From a virus: DNA of 64,000 nucleotides. Position 1 is the stretch's first letter. Each line of letters opens with the position of its first letter. The DNA is taken from IMG/VR virus record IMGVR_UViG_3300023296_001674. One strand, written 5' to 3'. Positions 9,952-18,849 of the stretch are shown here, piece by piece. Made by a program: the position numbers and the translations under genes. The notes under the pieces were generated by a model, which was not told where the DNA came from, made no database searches, and was given only the letters and a program-made list of their open reading frames with translations.

Positions 9952-10452
9952 ATGAGACGTTCATTAAAATTAGTATTAGCCTCGATGTTGATCGTGGCGC
10001 TATCCGGTTGTGTTACACAAGGGAGTGGCGGCGGCGTTGGCACTAAAGGTTTGCTTGGCGGTCTTCTAGGGGCTGGCGTTGGCGGATATGCCGGTTCAAA
10101 TATCGGCGGTGGTAAAGGCAAACTTGCTGCTACTGCAATCGGCGTTCTTGCTGGTGCATGGCTTGGAAATAACGTTGGAAACACGCTTGACGACGTTGAT
10201 CGGTTGAAATCGCAAAAGGTAACACAACGCGCACTTGAACGAAATCCGCAAGGTTCTCCAGCGGTTTGGTCGAACCCCACCAATCGAACCTCGGGAACCA
10301 CGACACCGACTCGAACGTATAAGTCACGAAATAATGAAGATTGTCGAACATATAAACAATCAATAGTTATCAATGATAAAATTGAAACAAAACATGGAAC
10401 TGCATGTAGAATAAATGGGCTTTGGGTAGAACAACAACCGCCCGGCTCATAA
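9952..10452 (+). CDS. outer-membrane lipoprotein with glycine-zipper domain (SlyB/17-kDa-antigen-like)
   Basis: Signal peptide + lipobox LSGC; GGLLGAGVGGYAGSNIGGG..AIGVLAGAWLGNNVG. Confidence 0.6.
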   Translation: MRRSLKLVLASMLIVALSGCVTQGSGGGVGTKGLLGGLLGAGVGGYAGSNIGGGKGKLAATAIGVLAGAWLGNNVGNTLDDVDRLKSQKVTQRALERNPQGSPAVWSNPTNRTSGTTTPTRTYKSRNNEDCRTYKQSIVINDKIETKHGTACRINGLWVEQQPPGS

Positions 10453-10577
10453 TATTAAAGATAAAACCAATCTTTTTTTCTATCATCTTTTAAATATTTA
10501 ATAGTTGACAAACTGAAATAATTTGGTATAGTTAAATCATCAACAAACACAAACAACGAAAGAAGAGGCTTAAGACG

Positions 10578-10775
10578 ATGGGTAAAACATTTTCGCGTGA
10601 TCCAGATAGTGACAATTATGCAGGTGGACATATGAAGGCAAATCGCCAAGAAACAAAATTCCGCCGACAAAAATCGGTTCGGAAAGATGCATTGCTAGAC
10701 GAAAGCATGCAACCTGATGAACCAACTTATGGCAAACACACGGATGATTTTAGCCCACGGAAAGACGGCTGGTAA
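10578..10775 (+). CDS. hypothetical basic protein
   Basis: ORF track; TTGACA-N17-TATAGT ~10505-10533; terminator 10781-10812. Confidence 0.55.
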   Translation: MGKTFSRDPDSDNYAGGHMKANRQETKFRRQKSVRKDALLDESMQPDEPTYGKHTDDFSPRKDGW

Positions 10776-10941
10776 TCAATTAAAAAGGGAAGCAGAAATG
10801 CTTCCCTTTTTTTATGCTTGACACTGGTTTAGTTAATTGCTATGTTAAATCGTCGTTGCCCAAGAAAGCGGGTTGATAAAGACTTGACTGACACTACGAA
10901 GTGTTCTATTGATTAATCATAACAACAAAAAGGAACCGAGT

Positions 10942-11301
10942 ATGACTACAGCAGAAGTAATCCCTTTCGCCGTTCTTAAAGCCAAGATCGATGACCGTGA
11001 CATTACACCAGAAGCAATTGAAGAAGCATCGTTTTCACCCGAGGTTGAAGCTGATGTTTTGACAAATTTGCTGGTATCCGGTTTATACAAAGGCATGACG
11101 AATTCTGGCATTGACACCCTTTCGGATGTAAATCAAGAATTACTTGGTGTTATATATGAAATGGTTGGCGCGGTTGTTGATCGCAAATATAAATTGTTTA
11201 ATGAATTCAATGCAATACGTGATATTCAAGCCGAAAAGGGCGATGTTCAACTTGAAACAAATGTTTTTCTAAAACCAAAACAGGAGACAACTGATGCCTA
11301 A
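10942..11301 (+). CDS. hypothetical protein
   Basis: Track ORF trimmed; promoter TTGACA..TATGTT ~10815-10843; RBS aaaaagga. Confidence 0.5.
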   Translation: MTTAEVIPFAVLKAKIDDRDITPEAIEEASFSPEVEADVLTNLLVSGLYKGMTNSGIDTLSDVNQELLGVIYEMVGAVVDRKYKLFNEFNAIRDIQAEKGDVQLETNVFLKPKQETTDA

Positions 11302-11704
11302 AGCCGTAACGCAATATGAAACATTCGACGGAAAAGTATTCTCCGACGAAAATGCCGCTGAACAATGGGAACGCAATACAAATAAAGCAAACGCAATCAT
11401 ATCGATGTTTCCGAACAACGGTCATCTTTCATCTGGCGATTTCTATCAGTTATCAAGAGATTTGATTAGCACCGCGAGAATTAAACTTGCCGATGCTTTA
11501 ACTCGTGGCGGCTTCGATGACGAAATGATTAAAGCATTTCGTGATAATACCAGCGATGTAATCGGACGCTATCTCGACGACGGCGGTTCAACATATTATA
11601 AAGCATGGTGGTTATTTTCTTGTATTGACAATCAAGGGCGGATGTTCAATCAACCGTTCTTTGCCAATAATCCAAGAGAAATAAGAGATGAAGTTTCCTA
11701 TTGA
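11294..11704 (+). CDS. hypothetical protein
   Basis: ORF track; overlaps upstream by 8 nt. Confidence 0.55.
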   Translation: MPKAVTQYETFDGKVFSDENAAEQWERNTNKANAIISMFPNNGHLSSGDFYQLSRDLISTARIKLADALTRGGFDDEMIKAFRDNTSDVIGRYLDDGGSTYYKAWWLFSCIDNQGRMFNQPFFANNPREIRDEVSY

Positions 11705-12435
11705 TTCTTCCAATCATTTTCCCATATCGTGACAAGATTATAGCCGTGAGATTTAATAAGAGTCTCACGGTTCATAGTCTTTTGATATAACTCGCCGAAT
11801 GATTTTTTATTATTGGTGTTGATATGTTCGGGATTGTGTGTATTAGGATTCCCATGCCAATAATCACCATAGAACTCATATATGGTATTTGTGTCAGGGT
11901 CATAACCGTCTGGATATATCCATTGATTATTTAATATTAAAGTTCGTCGCCTATAATCATTTGTATCAGGTAATCCAATATGATCAAGCCACGATTTTTC
12001 CATATATGATTTATTCTGTATAGTTAATGGTCGCAACATAATGGCGCACTTATTACATCCATGATTTAAATGTGCTGATGGTTCTTGTTGAAATATTCCA
12101 TGTTCAGGGCAAATGATATTCACCTTTGTATGCGTGTTATGATAATCAACTAATGAATAATTATATTTATCGCCATGTTTTATCAACGATTTTTGTATAA
12201 ATTTTAATGTAGTTCCCCGTATTTTATCTGAATTATTTTTTATTGCACATTTAATACAGCCTTTTCCACTACTAGTGTGCGAACAAGGCGTCTGTTCAAA
12301 TATTCCATGAGTTGTGCATATTATTTTAACTTTGGTATGGGCGGCAATATATATAGACAATGAATAGTCATATCTATCACCATGAATGGCGATAGCATCT
12401 TGAATGAATTTTGAGGTAGTTTTTCTTCTTGACAT
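11698..12435 (-). CDS. homing-endonuclease-like protein (paralog of 6537..7271)
   Basis: MSRRKTTSKFIQDAIAIHGDRYDYSL..KVKIICTTHGIFEQTP..GKGCIKCA, second repeat, C-terminus YEFYGDYWHGNP. Confidence 0.65.
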   Translation of the reverse strand: MSRRKTTSKFIQDAIAIHGDRYDYSLSIYIAAHTKVKIICTTHGIFEQTPCSHTSSGKGCIKCAIKNNSDKIRGTTLKFIQKSLIKHGDKYNYSLVDYHNTHTKVNIICPEHGIFQQEPSAHLNHGCNKCAIMLRPLTIQNKSYMEKSWLDHIGLPDTNDYRRRTLILNNQWIYPDGYDPDTNTIYEFYGDYWHGNPNTHNPEHINTNNKKSFGELYQKTMNRETLIKSHGYNLVTIWENDWKNQ

Positions 12436-12616
12436 GTGATATCCTTCCGGTTATAAATACATTGGCGGTAGGACTTACCTTCCGGTGTCCATGTGATACA
12501 TACTTGAAATATGTATCACACCGCTCCTATCTATTTATCTTTTTTATTATTAAAACCCTTGACAATGATGGATGTTTGCTTTATATCTAAATCAACTTTA
12601 ATGAAAAGGAATTATT

Positions 12617-13462
12617 ATGAAACTCATAGCGATTAATGCAGATATCACCACGTTGGAAGTTGATTGTATCGTAAATGCATCTAATCCAGCACTAATGCAT
12701 GGCGGTGGGGTATGCGGTGCAATATTTGAAGCCAGTGGCGCAAATGAACTTGCGGGATTTATTGCGCAGAACTATGGGCTAGGATGCTTAACAGGGCAAG
12801 TAGTTGTGACTCCGGGGTTCAACCTACCGGCGAAGTTCATCTTGCACACTGTCGGGCCTGATATGCGCCTATATGCACAAGAAGCGGGTGATACATTGTT
12901 GCAGTTATGTTATATCAACTGTATTGAGGCGGCATTCGATGAAGGGTTGACTTCTATTGCCTTCCCTGCTATCAGTACTGGAATCTTTGGATTTGATAAA
13001 AAACGTGCTGCTACGATTGCAGTTACTACATTGATGGACTACAGTGGTAGCGAAGATATCGAAATTACCTTTGCTTGCTTTGGCGATGAAGATACCGCAA
13101 TAGTTCAAGCCGCGATTGATGATGAAGATGCATCACGGCATTATCTATCATGGTCAATGTATAATGAACAATACGATATTGATTCGGCGGCTGGAAAGTG
13201 TGACATTGAAGGCGATTGGGAAGTGTTATACGCTGACTTATCTACGGATGTTCCTACTGGCATTTACATGGTATCAACAACCTATGATGGCAACCTCGGT
13301 GTAGCGAAAGGCGTTGTTATCAATGATGGTGTATTCGATATCGACCAAACCCTACGCGCTTGTGCGGTTGCCCGTAACAATGCAGGATATTGGGGAACTT
13401 TTCTTGAAGGATTGGATTGGAATAGCGAAACCGAAGAATTTACAGCACACTTCGGTTCTTAA
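12617..13462 (+). CDS. macro-domain (ADP-ribose-binding/processing) protein with unknown C-terminal domain
   Basis: VDCIVNASNPALMHGGGVCGAIFEASG macro signature; promoter TTGACA-N17-TTATAT ~12557-12586. Confidence 0.7.
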   Translation: MKLIAINADITTLEVDCIVNASNPALMHGGGVCGAIFEASGANELAGFIAQNYGLGCLTGQVVVTPGFNLPAKFILHTVGPDMRLYAQEAGDTLLQLCYINCIEAAFDEGLTSIAFPAISTGIFGFDKKRAATIAVTTLMDYSGSEDIEITFACFGDEDTAIVQAAIDDEDASRHYLSWSMYNEQYDIDSAAGKCDIEGDWEVLYADLSTDVPTGIYMVSTTYDGNLGVAKGVVINDGVFDIDQTLRACAVARNNAGYWGTFLEGLDWNSETEEFTAHFGS

Positions 13463-13520
13463 CACTTGACATCATCGATTAAGTGTTCTATGGTTCACTT
13501 AACAACGAAAGGATAATACA

Positions 13521-13763
13521 ATGTCGGAAATTCGCCACAAAGTAACATTCATGCATGAGGTAGATGGAAAAGACGAACCCTTGACCGTGATGTATGTTTA
13601 TCGTATTCCACAACTCAACGAAATTGTAGTTATGTTGGATTCGAAAATTCGATATCGGGTTCTTGAGGTTCTTAATATTATTGATGATCGAAACATCGAT
13701 TTTAAAAAAGATTATATAACGATGTGTGAAATCGAATATTTCATCAAAGTGTCTTGGAAATAA
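13521..13763 (+). CDS. hypothetical protein
   Basis: ORF track; own promoter; RBS aaaggat. Confidence 0.55.
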   Translation: MSEIRHKVTFMHEVDGKDEPLTVMYVYRIPQLNEIVVMLDSKIRYRVLEVLNIIDDRNIDFKKDYITMCEIEYFIKVSWK

Positions 13764-13808
13764 TATACAAAGCCTTGACTCTATTATCTAATAGTGTTAA
13801 ATAACATC

Positions 13809-14096
13809 ATGGAACTAAACGACCTCCCATCGGTTGCAGCAATGCACCAACACAAGAACCCCGATCAGAAACGGAATGAACGTCGTATGCAGGAATTTAT
13901 AACTGACGATATGATACACCCCGACGAGCCAGCACCACAACATAGGTCGCCTTCGTTGTTGAATGACACCGCCTCGACAGTTGTGTTCGAGGCTGGCATT
14001 GATACACCGCAAATGAGCCGCGATTGTATCATTGCTATATATGAAAAAATATTGGGTGGCAATCCAGAAACTGAACTTAAAAATCTTTTTGCTTGA
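13809..14096 (+). CDS. hypothetical protein
   Basis: Track ORF trimmed; promoter TTGACT ~13776. Confidence 0.45.
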   Translation: MELNDLPSVAAMHQHKNPDQKRNERRMQEFITDDMIHPDEPAPQHRSPSLLNDTASTVVFEAGIDTPQMSRDCIIAIYEKILGGNPETELKNLFA

Positions 14097-14121
14097 CATT
14101 GGTTCAGTTAGTTGCTATAAA
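14093..14121 (+). promoter_or_regulatory. sigma70-type early promoter, cassette family G1
   Basis: TTGACAttggttcagttagttgcTATAAA; leader gtaggtaacttaacccgaaaggaaaca; ~60 bp near-identical at 14713 and 21794. Confidence 0.6.
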
Positions 14122-14147
14122 GTAGGTAACTTAACCCGAAAGGAAAC

Positions 14148-14456
14148 ATGATGAGTGATCAAGTAGAAAGCCTGTTAAATGACGTCGTGAAAGATTTTCG
14201 CGAAAAAACTCTCGCCAAAGCAATTGGTGATCATGTCGGAAAAGTCACAGTTCAACATGCAATCACCCTTTTCAAACTGACGACAATTATTTCTGCATTC
14301 ATGGCAATGTTTAAGTTTGCCGCGTTGGGTGGATTCGTAACGATGAGTTGGGGTTGGGTTGCATTTGTATTCTTGTTGCCACTTCCAATTGCGTTTTTTG
14401 ATGCAATCGCTCTTTCATATGTTGCACATCGTATATATGATAAGGACGAGTCATGA
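14148..14456 (+). CDS. membrane protein (2 predicted TM segments)
   Basis: ORF track; hydrophobic. Confidence 0.55.
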   Translation: MMSDQVESLLNDVVKDFREKTLAKAIGDHVGKVTVQHAITLFKLTTIISAFMAMFKFAALGGFVTMSWGWVAFVFLLPLPIAFFDAIALSYVAHRIYDKDES

Positions 14457-14716
14457 AAATTGATACCTCACGACTTGCAAATATTATGCGCATCGCGTAT
14501 AACAATCATCACATGAACATGGGTAGCCGTTATTTCTGCAATCGCACCGATGAGATATTATATAACACAATGCGTCGGGCAAACTTAACTGGTTTAGATT
14601 TTTTGGATTGCAGCACGATGTCAAAGAACATATCAACAGTTATGCATGGGTTGTTGCCGTGGAGCAATGATTTATATGAAGAACTTCGTGCATTGTTATT
14701 TGTAGAAACCGCTTGA
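14453..14716 (+). CDS. hypothetical protein
   Basis: ORF track; ATGA overlap. Confidence 0.55.
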   Translation: MKIDTSRLANIMRIAYNNHHMNMGSRYFCNRTDEILYNTMRRANLTGLDFLDCSTMSKNISTVMHGLLPWSNDLYEELRALLFVETA

Positions 14717-14741
14717 CTCTGGTTCAGTTAGTTGCTATAAA
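14713..14741 (+). promoter_or_regulatory. sigma70-type early promoter, cassette family G1 (duplicate of 14093)
   Basis: cgcTTGACTctggttcagttagttgcTATAAAgtaggtaacttaacccgaaaggaaacacaATG. Confidence 0.6.
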
Positions 14742-14770
14742 GTAGGTAACTTAACCCGAAAGGAAACACA

Positions 14771-15610
14771 ATGTTCACTTATACCGCAAAAGAAATCAAA
14801 AGCCATATATACAATCATTATAAAATTGATGATGATACTGGCAGGGTCGACGAAGTGTTCGGATGGACTAACTACGGCGTTGATGATTTTCGTGAAGCAT
14901 TGTCGCACGGTATCGAAGTGGCGTTACATAATCACATCGAAAAATCAAAGAAATTATCTACGCGTTTGCGTATTTTGGCTGGTAAGTGGTTGAAATCTAA
15001 AACCATTATCGACGCCATATTTAAATTGGAAGGCAATGTTGTCGACCTGCATGATACCATCACATTGCTCATCGCGTTAAAGCATCGTATCAGAAACGCA
15101 ACCGATCTATCCGACGCAGATCGCCCATCTTATACATATCGTGCCAAAGTGTCCGATTCGTTGCGCGACGAATGTAGCAAATATATTAAAATTACAACAT
15201 TGCGCGACGATGAATTGTTTGTATTGGATTCTCCTCTTTTGGTATGGAGGAACAACGACGACAACAAGTTTTATTCGGTTGCCCACGACTTCGAAATCCG
15301 CGAACATCGCGTAGGTGTAGCGGGTTATGAACATGATCTTGCCAAAGGGGCTGTATCGGTTTCATACTTGATGCATAACTTTAAAACTGATTACACACAA
15401 TATGGTGTATCATATGATGCAGAAACCGGAAACTATTTGCATTGTTCAGTGAATTGTAATGGACCCGAACGCATCGAAAGTTATGAAATTTTCTATGCCA
15501 ATATCGAAGACGCGATTATGGAATCTAAAAAAGGAATTGCGGCATTGAAGAAGAAAAATCGTGCTGTAACAAAAGCCGCAACTGAACACCTTGATAGATT
15601 AGCCGCATGA
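14771..15610 (+). CDS. hypothetical protein (279 aa)
   Basis: ORF track. Confidence 0.6.
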   Translation: MFTYTAKEIKSHIYNHYKIDDDTGRVDEVFGWTNYGVDDFREALSHGIEVALHNHIEKSKKLSTRLRILAGKWLKSKTIIDAIFKLEGNVVDLHDTITLLIALKHRIRNATDLSDADRPSYTYRAKVSDSLRDECSKYIKITTLRDDELFVLDSPLLVWRNNDDNKFYSVAHDFEIREHRVGVAGYEHDLAKGAVSVSYLMHNFKTDYTQYGVSYDAETGNYLHCSVNCNGPERIESYEIFYANIEDAIMESKKGIAALKKKNRAVTKAATEHLDRLAA

Positions 15611-15738
15611 TCGGATATTTTATCGCTATCGTTTTTGCCTTGACACTTGTGTTGTTTGGTTCTATAACTGTAACCAACGACGCCGAGACGTGTGTCAAGG
15701 CGGAACGCGAGATTTACATGACCTGCACTGAAAGGTAA
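15607..15738 (+). CDS. small hydrophobic peptide (43 aa)
   Basis: Not in track (<60 aa); ATGA overlap with upstream stop; MIGYFIAIVFALTLVLFGSITV... Confidence 0.35.
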   Translation: MIGYFIAIVFALTLVLFGSITVTNDAETCVKAEREIYMTCTER

Positions 15739-15742
15739 TACA

Positions 15743-15922
15743 ATGGATTTTACTGGAATATTTTACTTACTTGTCGTGATGTATAATTTGTTTATGCTTT
15801 GGAATATATCTGCTTACAGTTTTTCCGCGTTCGTGATATACAAAGTGCCGACATTTTTAATCGCGGGTGGTATGCTTTGGCTTGCGTTGACCCATTTCGG
15901 TTTTCTTATACAGGTGGGATAA
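15743..15922 (+). CDS. small membrane protein (59 aa, two hydrophobic segments)
   Basis: Not in track; RBS gaaaggtaataca-ATG; MDFTGIFYLLVVMYNLFMLW...; stop overlaps next start (TAATG). Confidence 0.4.
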   Translation: MDFTGIFYLLVVMYNLFMLWNISAYSFSAFVIYKVPTFLIAGGMLWLALTHFGFLIQVG

Positions 15923-16278
15923 TGTATTTTCTTGGCGGCATAGTTGCGCTATTGCCTTGGTTGGGGGGTGTCTACCATGTAATCGTAGCACCCAAACCTG
16001 AAAAAAAGAAACGAGAGAAAAACGAACATCTTTCGATGTGTTATCCAAACCCATCTACAACTATAATTCGTGCTTCAAGATATACATCGTTCATGATAGT
16101 TCGTGAACACGATGAAACATACACTGTTTATGAATGCAGGCACCTTACCAAACTTCGAGCAAACATGAATAGTAAATTGAGGTGCGGCAACAAATTAACC
16201 GCCGAAGGTGCTAGAGCACTTGTAACTGCATTAAGCATTGAAAGCGAATGGGTCGATACACCAATAGTATTCGATTAG
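15922..16278 (+). CDS. membrane-anchored protein
   Basis: Track ORF 15799..16278 trimmed to ATG after aggtggg; N-terminal TM MYFLGGIVALLPWLGG. Confidence 0.5.
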   Translation: MYFLGGIVALLPWLGGVYHVIVAPKPEKKKREKNEHLSMCYPNPSTTIIRASRYTSFMIVREHDETYTVYECRHLTKLRANMNSKLRCGNKLTAEGARALVTALSIESEWVDTPIVFD

Positions 16279-16335
16279 TGCTTGACAGTGGTTCAGTTAG
16301 TTGCTATAACAAGGCAACAGATAAAGGACAATCAA

Positions 16336-16944
16336 ATGAAAACGCTTCGTAAAAAACTTCTTGAACTTGAACAGATAAATGTTGATCTGCACAAACTCAA
16401 AGCACCCATCGATAAGAAACTTAAAAAGAATTGGGAAGCGATCAAAGTCGTCAGAAAATCTATTGATGAAGAAGACATTGCGACAATGCTCAAGTTAGGC
16501 GTTGATTGGAAATTTCTTTTGAAACCGGCTAATGATTTTGGCAGTACCGAGATGTATAATTATTTCGACACCCAAGTGCATGAATTGGGAATGCATTCCG
16601 GCGGACGCTGGAGAGACACGCGACAGCCAGTGGTGTCAATCATGCTAACACATGGCGACGAGAAAAGCCTTATGAATAACATCGCAGGAGTTAAACTTCT
16701 TTCACCGTTTTATGAACAGGTTGACGGTGCGGTTCCGTTTGCAATATTTGATCATGGTTTGTCAGAATATGCAGTATATTCAATGACTTATAACCCAACA
16801 ACCAATGAAGTTATTCTAAAGACATTGCGTCATGGCAGAACCGAAGAGAATTTCCTTGGGGCGTTGCCGGATGCTATGAAGCACATACAAGATCATCATT
16901 GGTATGATGGGAAAGAAGAAGATCATGACGACGATGATTATTAA
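16336..16944 (+). CDS. hypothetical protein with acidic C-terminal tail
   Basis: Track ORF trimmed; promoter TTGACA-N17-TATAAC ~16286-16314. Confidence 0.55.
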   Translation: MKTLRKKLLELEQINVDLHKLKAPIDKKLKKNWEAIKVVRKSIDEEDIATMLKLGVDWKFLLKPANDFGSTEMYNYFDTQVHELGMHSGGRWRDTRQPVVSIMLTHGDEKSLMNNIAGVKLLSPFYEQVDGAVPFAIFDHGLSEYAVYSMTYNPTTNEVILKTLRHGRTEENFLGALPDAMKHIQDHHWYDGKEEDHDDDDY

Positions 16945-17000
16945 TTAGTGCTTGACAGCGATTTGGATAACTGCTATACAATGATCATCTTAAACAAAAG

Positions 17001-17216
17001 GTGGACAACATGACCGACAAACCAAAATTCTTATTCGAATATACAGTTGTGTATTCAAAAGGTGCAACGTCAGCACGGTCTGATCTTAAAGACCGAGTCG
17101 AAGAACTTCTTAATGATGGATGGGAGTTGGCTGGCGGTGTTGCTATGAATGAAACCGATAAATTGTTCAGTATATGTCAGGCATTAACCAAAAAGGTGGA
17201 ACTTCACTATGATTAA
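17001..17216 (+). CDS. hypothetical protein
   Basis: ORF track; promoter TTGACA ~16951. Confidence 0.55.
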   Translation: MDNMTDKPKFLFEYTVVYSKGATSARSDLKDRVEELLNDGWELAGGVAMNETDKLFSICQALTKKVELHYD

Positions 17217-17451
17217 TACATTTGCAAAAGGCGACAGCGTTCGCGTGCATCATCAGTATACGCATTTCACCACCATTGGTGTTGATATGACTGTCACCGA
17301 CGTTGTCATTGAAGACGTTGACGGCGAACTGGTAACGTTTTATGAAACCAATAAGCCATGTTCAGTTAATGGCCCATATTACAACGACTTTGAGTTGGTC
17401 AAACTGGACGATACATCGAAACCATTTATCTTTAAGATGGCAATCGCATAG
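17209..17451 (+). CDS. hypothetical protein
   Basis: ORF track; followed by terminator ~17470-17512. Confidence 0.55.
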   Translation: MINTFAKGDSVRVHHQYTHFTTIGVDMTVTDVVIEDVDGELVTFYETNKPCSVNGPYYNDFELVKLDDTSKPFIFKMAIA

Positions 17452-17569
17452 CTTCCATAGCAAAATAGCCATAGCACCTATAGGAAATAACCTATAGAAG
17501 CTATGGTTTTTTCACTCGACAATGGTATAGTTAATTGGTATAACTGTATCAACTTGAAAAGGAACCGTT

Positions 17570-17854
17570 ATGAAATTCACATACAGAACACGCCACATTC
17601 CTTCTGGATCAATATCAGATACCGATGTTGAATGCTATACCGAAGTTGATTTTTTACGGTACTTGAACAAATGGAATGTTGAAGGTAGGGGTTGGTATAT
17701 ATACACCGCTGTTAGCATAACGAATCATTTCCCAATGGCAGGCGCTGCACACGCCCTGAGTAATACAGTTATCGTCCGTAAACCATTGCGCGATATGGAT
17801 GGAGTCAACGCGGACGGTGGATACTGGCAGTCAATTACCGAAACAACCCATTAA
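17570..17854 (+). CDS. hypothetical protein
   Basis: ORF track; promoter cTCGACA..TATAAC ~17517-17546. Confidence 0.55.
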   Translation: MKFTYRTRHIPSGSISDTDVECYTEVDFLRYLNKWNVEGRGWYIYTAVSITNHFPMAGAAHALSNTVIVRKPLRDMDGVNADGGYWQSITETTH

Positions 17855-17875
17855 CATTAACAAAAGGGAACGATC

Positions 17876-18091
17876 ATGACCGACAATAAACGAAAGACTG
17901 AACTCGATGCCGCTGACATAGCCAAGATCATCGGAACTATTTGTGGTCTTATTGCAATCGCTTTTGCAATGTGGCATCTTGGCAGTTGGATTCATTGGGA
18001 ATACTTAACCAAGCCGCATGTTCTCGATGCGATGTGTGAAGTTATCGACCCGGCGACGTTCAATGACCCGACAATTTGTCATCGGGAATAA
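17876..18091 (+). CDS. small membrane protein
   Basis: ORF track; TM IIGTICGLIAIAFAMWHLGSWI. Confidence 0.55.
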   Translation: MTDNKRKTELDAADIAKIIGTICGLIAIAFAMWHLGSWIHWEYLTKPHVLDAMCEVIDPATFNDPTICHRE

Positions 18092-18177
18092 GTGTGTCAT
18101 AAATGACACAGGTGTGATATAATTATCACACATTGAAAACTGCCTCGATTGGTGGTGTATTCATACCGATAAAAAAA

Positions 18178-18212
18178 GATAAGTCAACCTAAAATAATGG
18201 TTGACTTATCTA
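18178..18212. repeat. perfect 13-bp inverted repeat (hairpin) flanking E-element copy 3
   Basis: aaaaaaAGATAAGTCAACCtaaaataatGGTTGACTTATCT; right arm supplies the -35 TTGACT of the E promoter; would be a minus-strand terminator (stem + U7). Confidence 0.5.
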
Positions 18213-18248
18213 TTGACTCTGTTATTATACTGGTAGGGAGGGATGACC
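18201..18248 (+). repeat. E-element copy 3, plus orientation
   Basis: TTGACT-N17-ATTATA-ctgGTAGGGAGGGATGACC-T5. Confidence 0.6.
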
Positions 18249-18338
18249 TTTTTATAAATAAAATGATTAAAATAAGGTGTTGACTATGATTCACTTATCC
18301 TTTATAACTGAACCAACGCTTTAACAAGGAGATTTTTT

Positions 18339-18569
18339 ATGAGTGTATTCAAAGACGTTCCAAAGATTGTTTGGACTAATTTTTATTTGGTCGTTGATAC
18401 GGCGGAGTTGGAATATGTCGATAATGGACGCGCTTATCGTGTTAAAGATGATTTTTTGAAAGAAGAATATCTTACCGCCAAGTCAGAAGGATGTTGTGGA
18501 TTTTTCGACACTGTTATCTTTGACGATATTGGTGACGAATGGATGGTTGGTTGCAATCACGGGCATTGA
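18339..18569 (+). CDS. hypothetical protein
   Basis: ORF track; promoter TTGACT..TATAAC ~18274-18303. Confidence 0.55.
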   Translation: MSVFKDVPKIVWTNFYLVVDTAELEYVDNGRAYRVKDDFLKEEYLTAKSEGCCGFFDTVIFDDIGDEWMVGCNHGH

Positions 18570-18582
18570 AAGGAATTAAATC

Positions 18583-18789
18583 ATGATACATTGTAGATTC
18601 AGGGATATTCGAGGTATGGGCATTGAAGTCGTTAGAGTCGATCAAGTGCCACCCGTTGATGATATAATTACAATCAATTATGTTATGTATGAAATATTTT
18701 CACGCGAATGGTCGGTGATCGATGCTGAAAAAGATACGCGAATGCTTGCTTGTGATGTATGGTTAACGGAATATAAAAAATCAAGATAA
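18583..18789 (+). CDS. hypothetical protein
   Basis: ORF track. Confidence 0.55.
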   Translation: MIHCRFRDIRGMGIEVVRVDQVPPVDDIITINYVMYEIFSREWSVIDAEKDTRMLACDVWLTEYKKSR

Positions 18790-18849
18790 TGTGTTGACTC
18801 TGGTTTGATTGTTCTTTATAACTTAATAATCAAACCAAGGAGAGATACA

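Noticed and set aside
9915-10373. 152-aa minus-strand ORF antisense to the lipoprotein gene
   Set aside because: Pro/Ala-rich translation of the complement of a Gly-codon-rich (GGC/GGT) gene; no promoter/RBS; the plus gene has signal peptide and lipobox.
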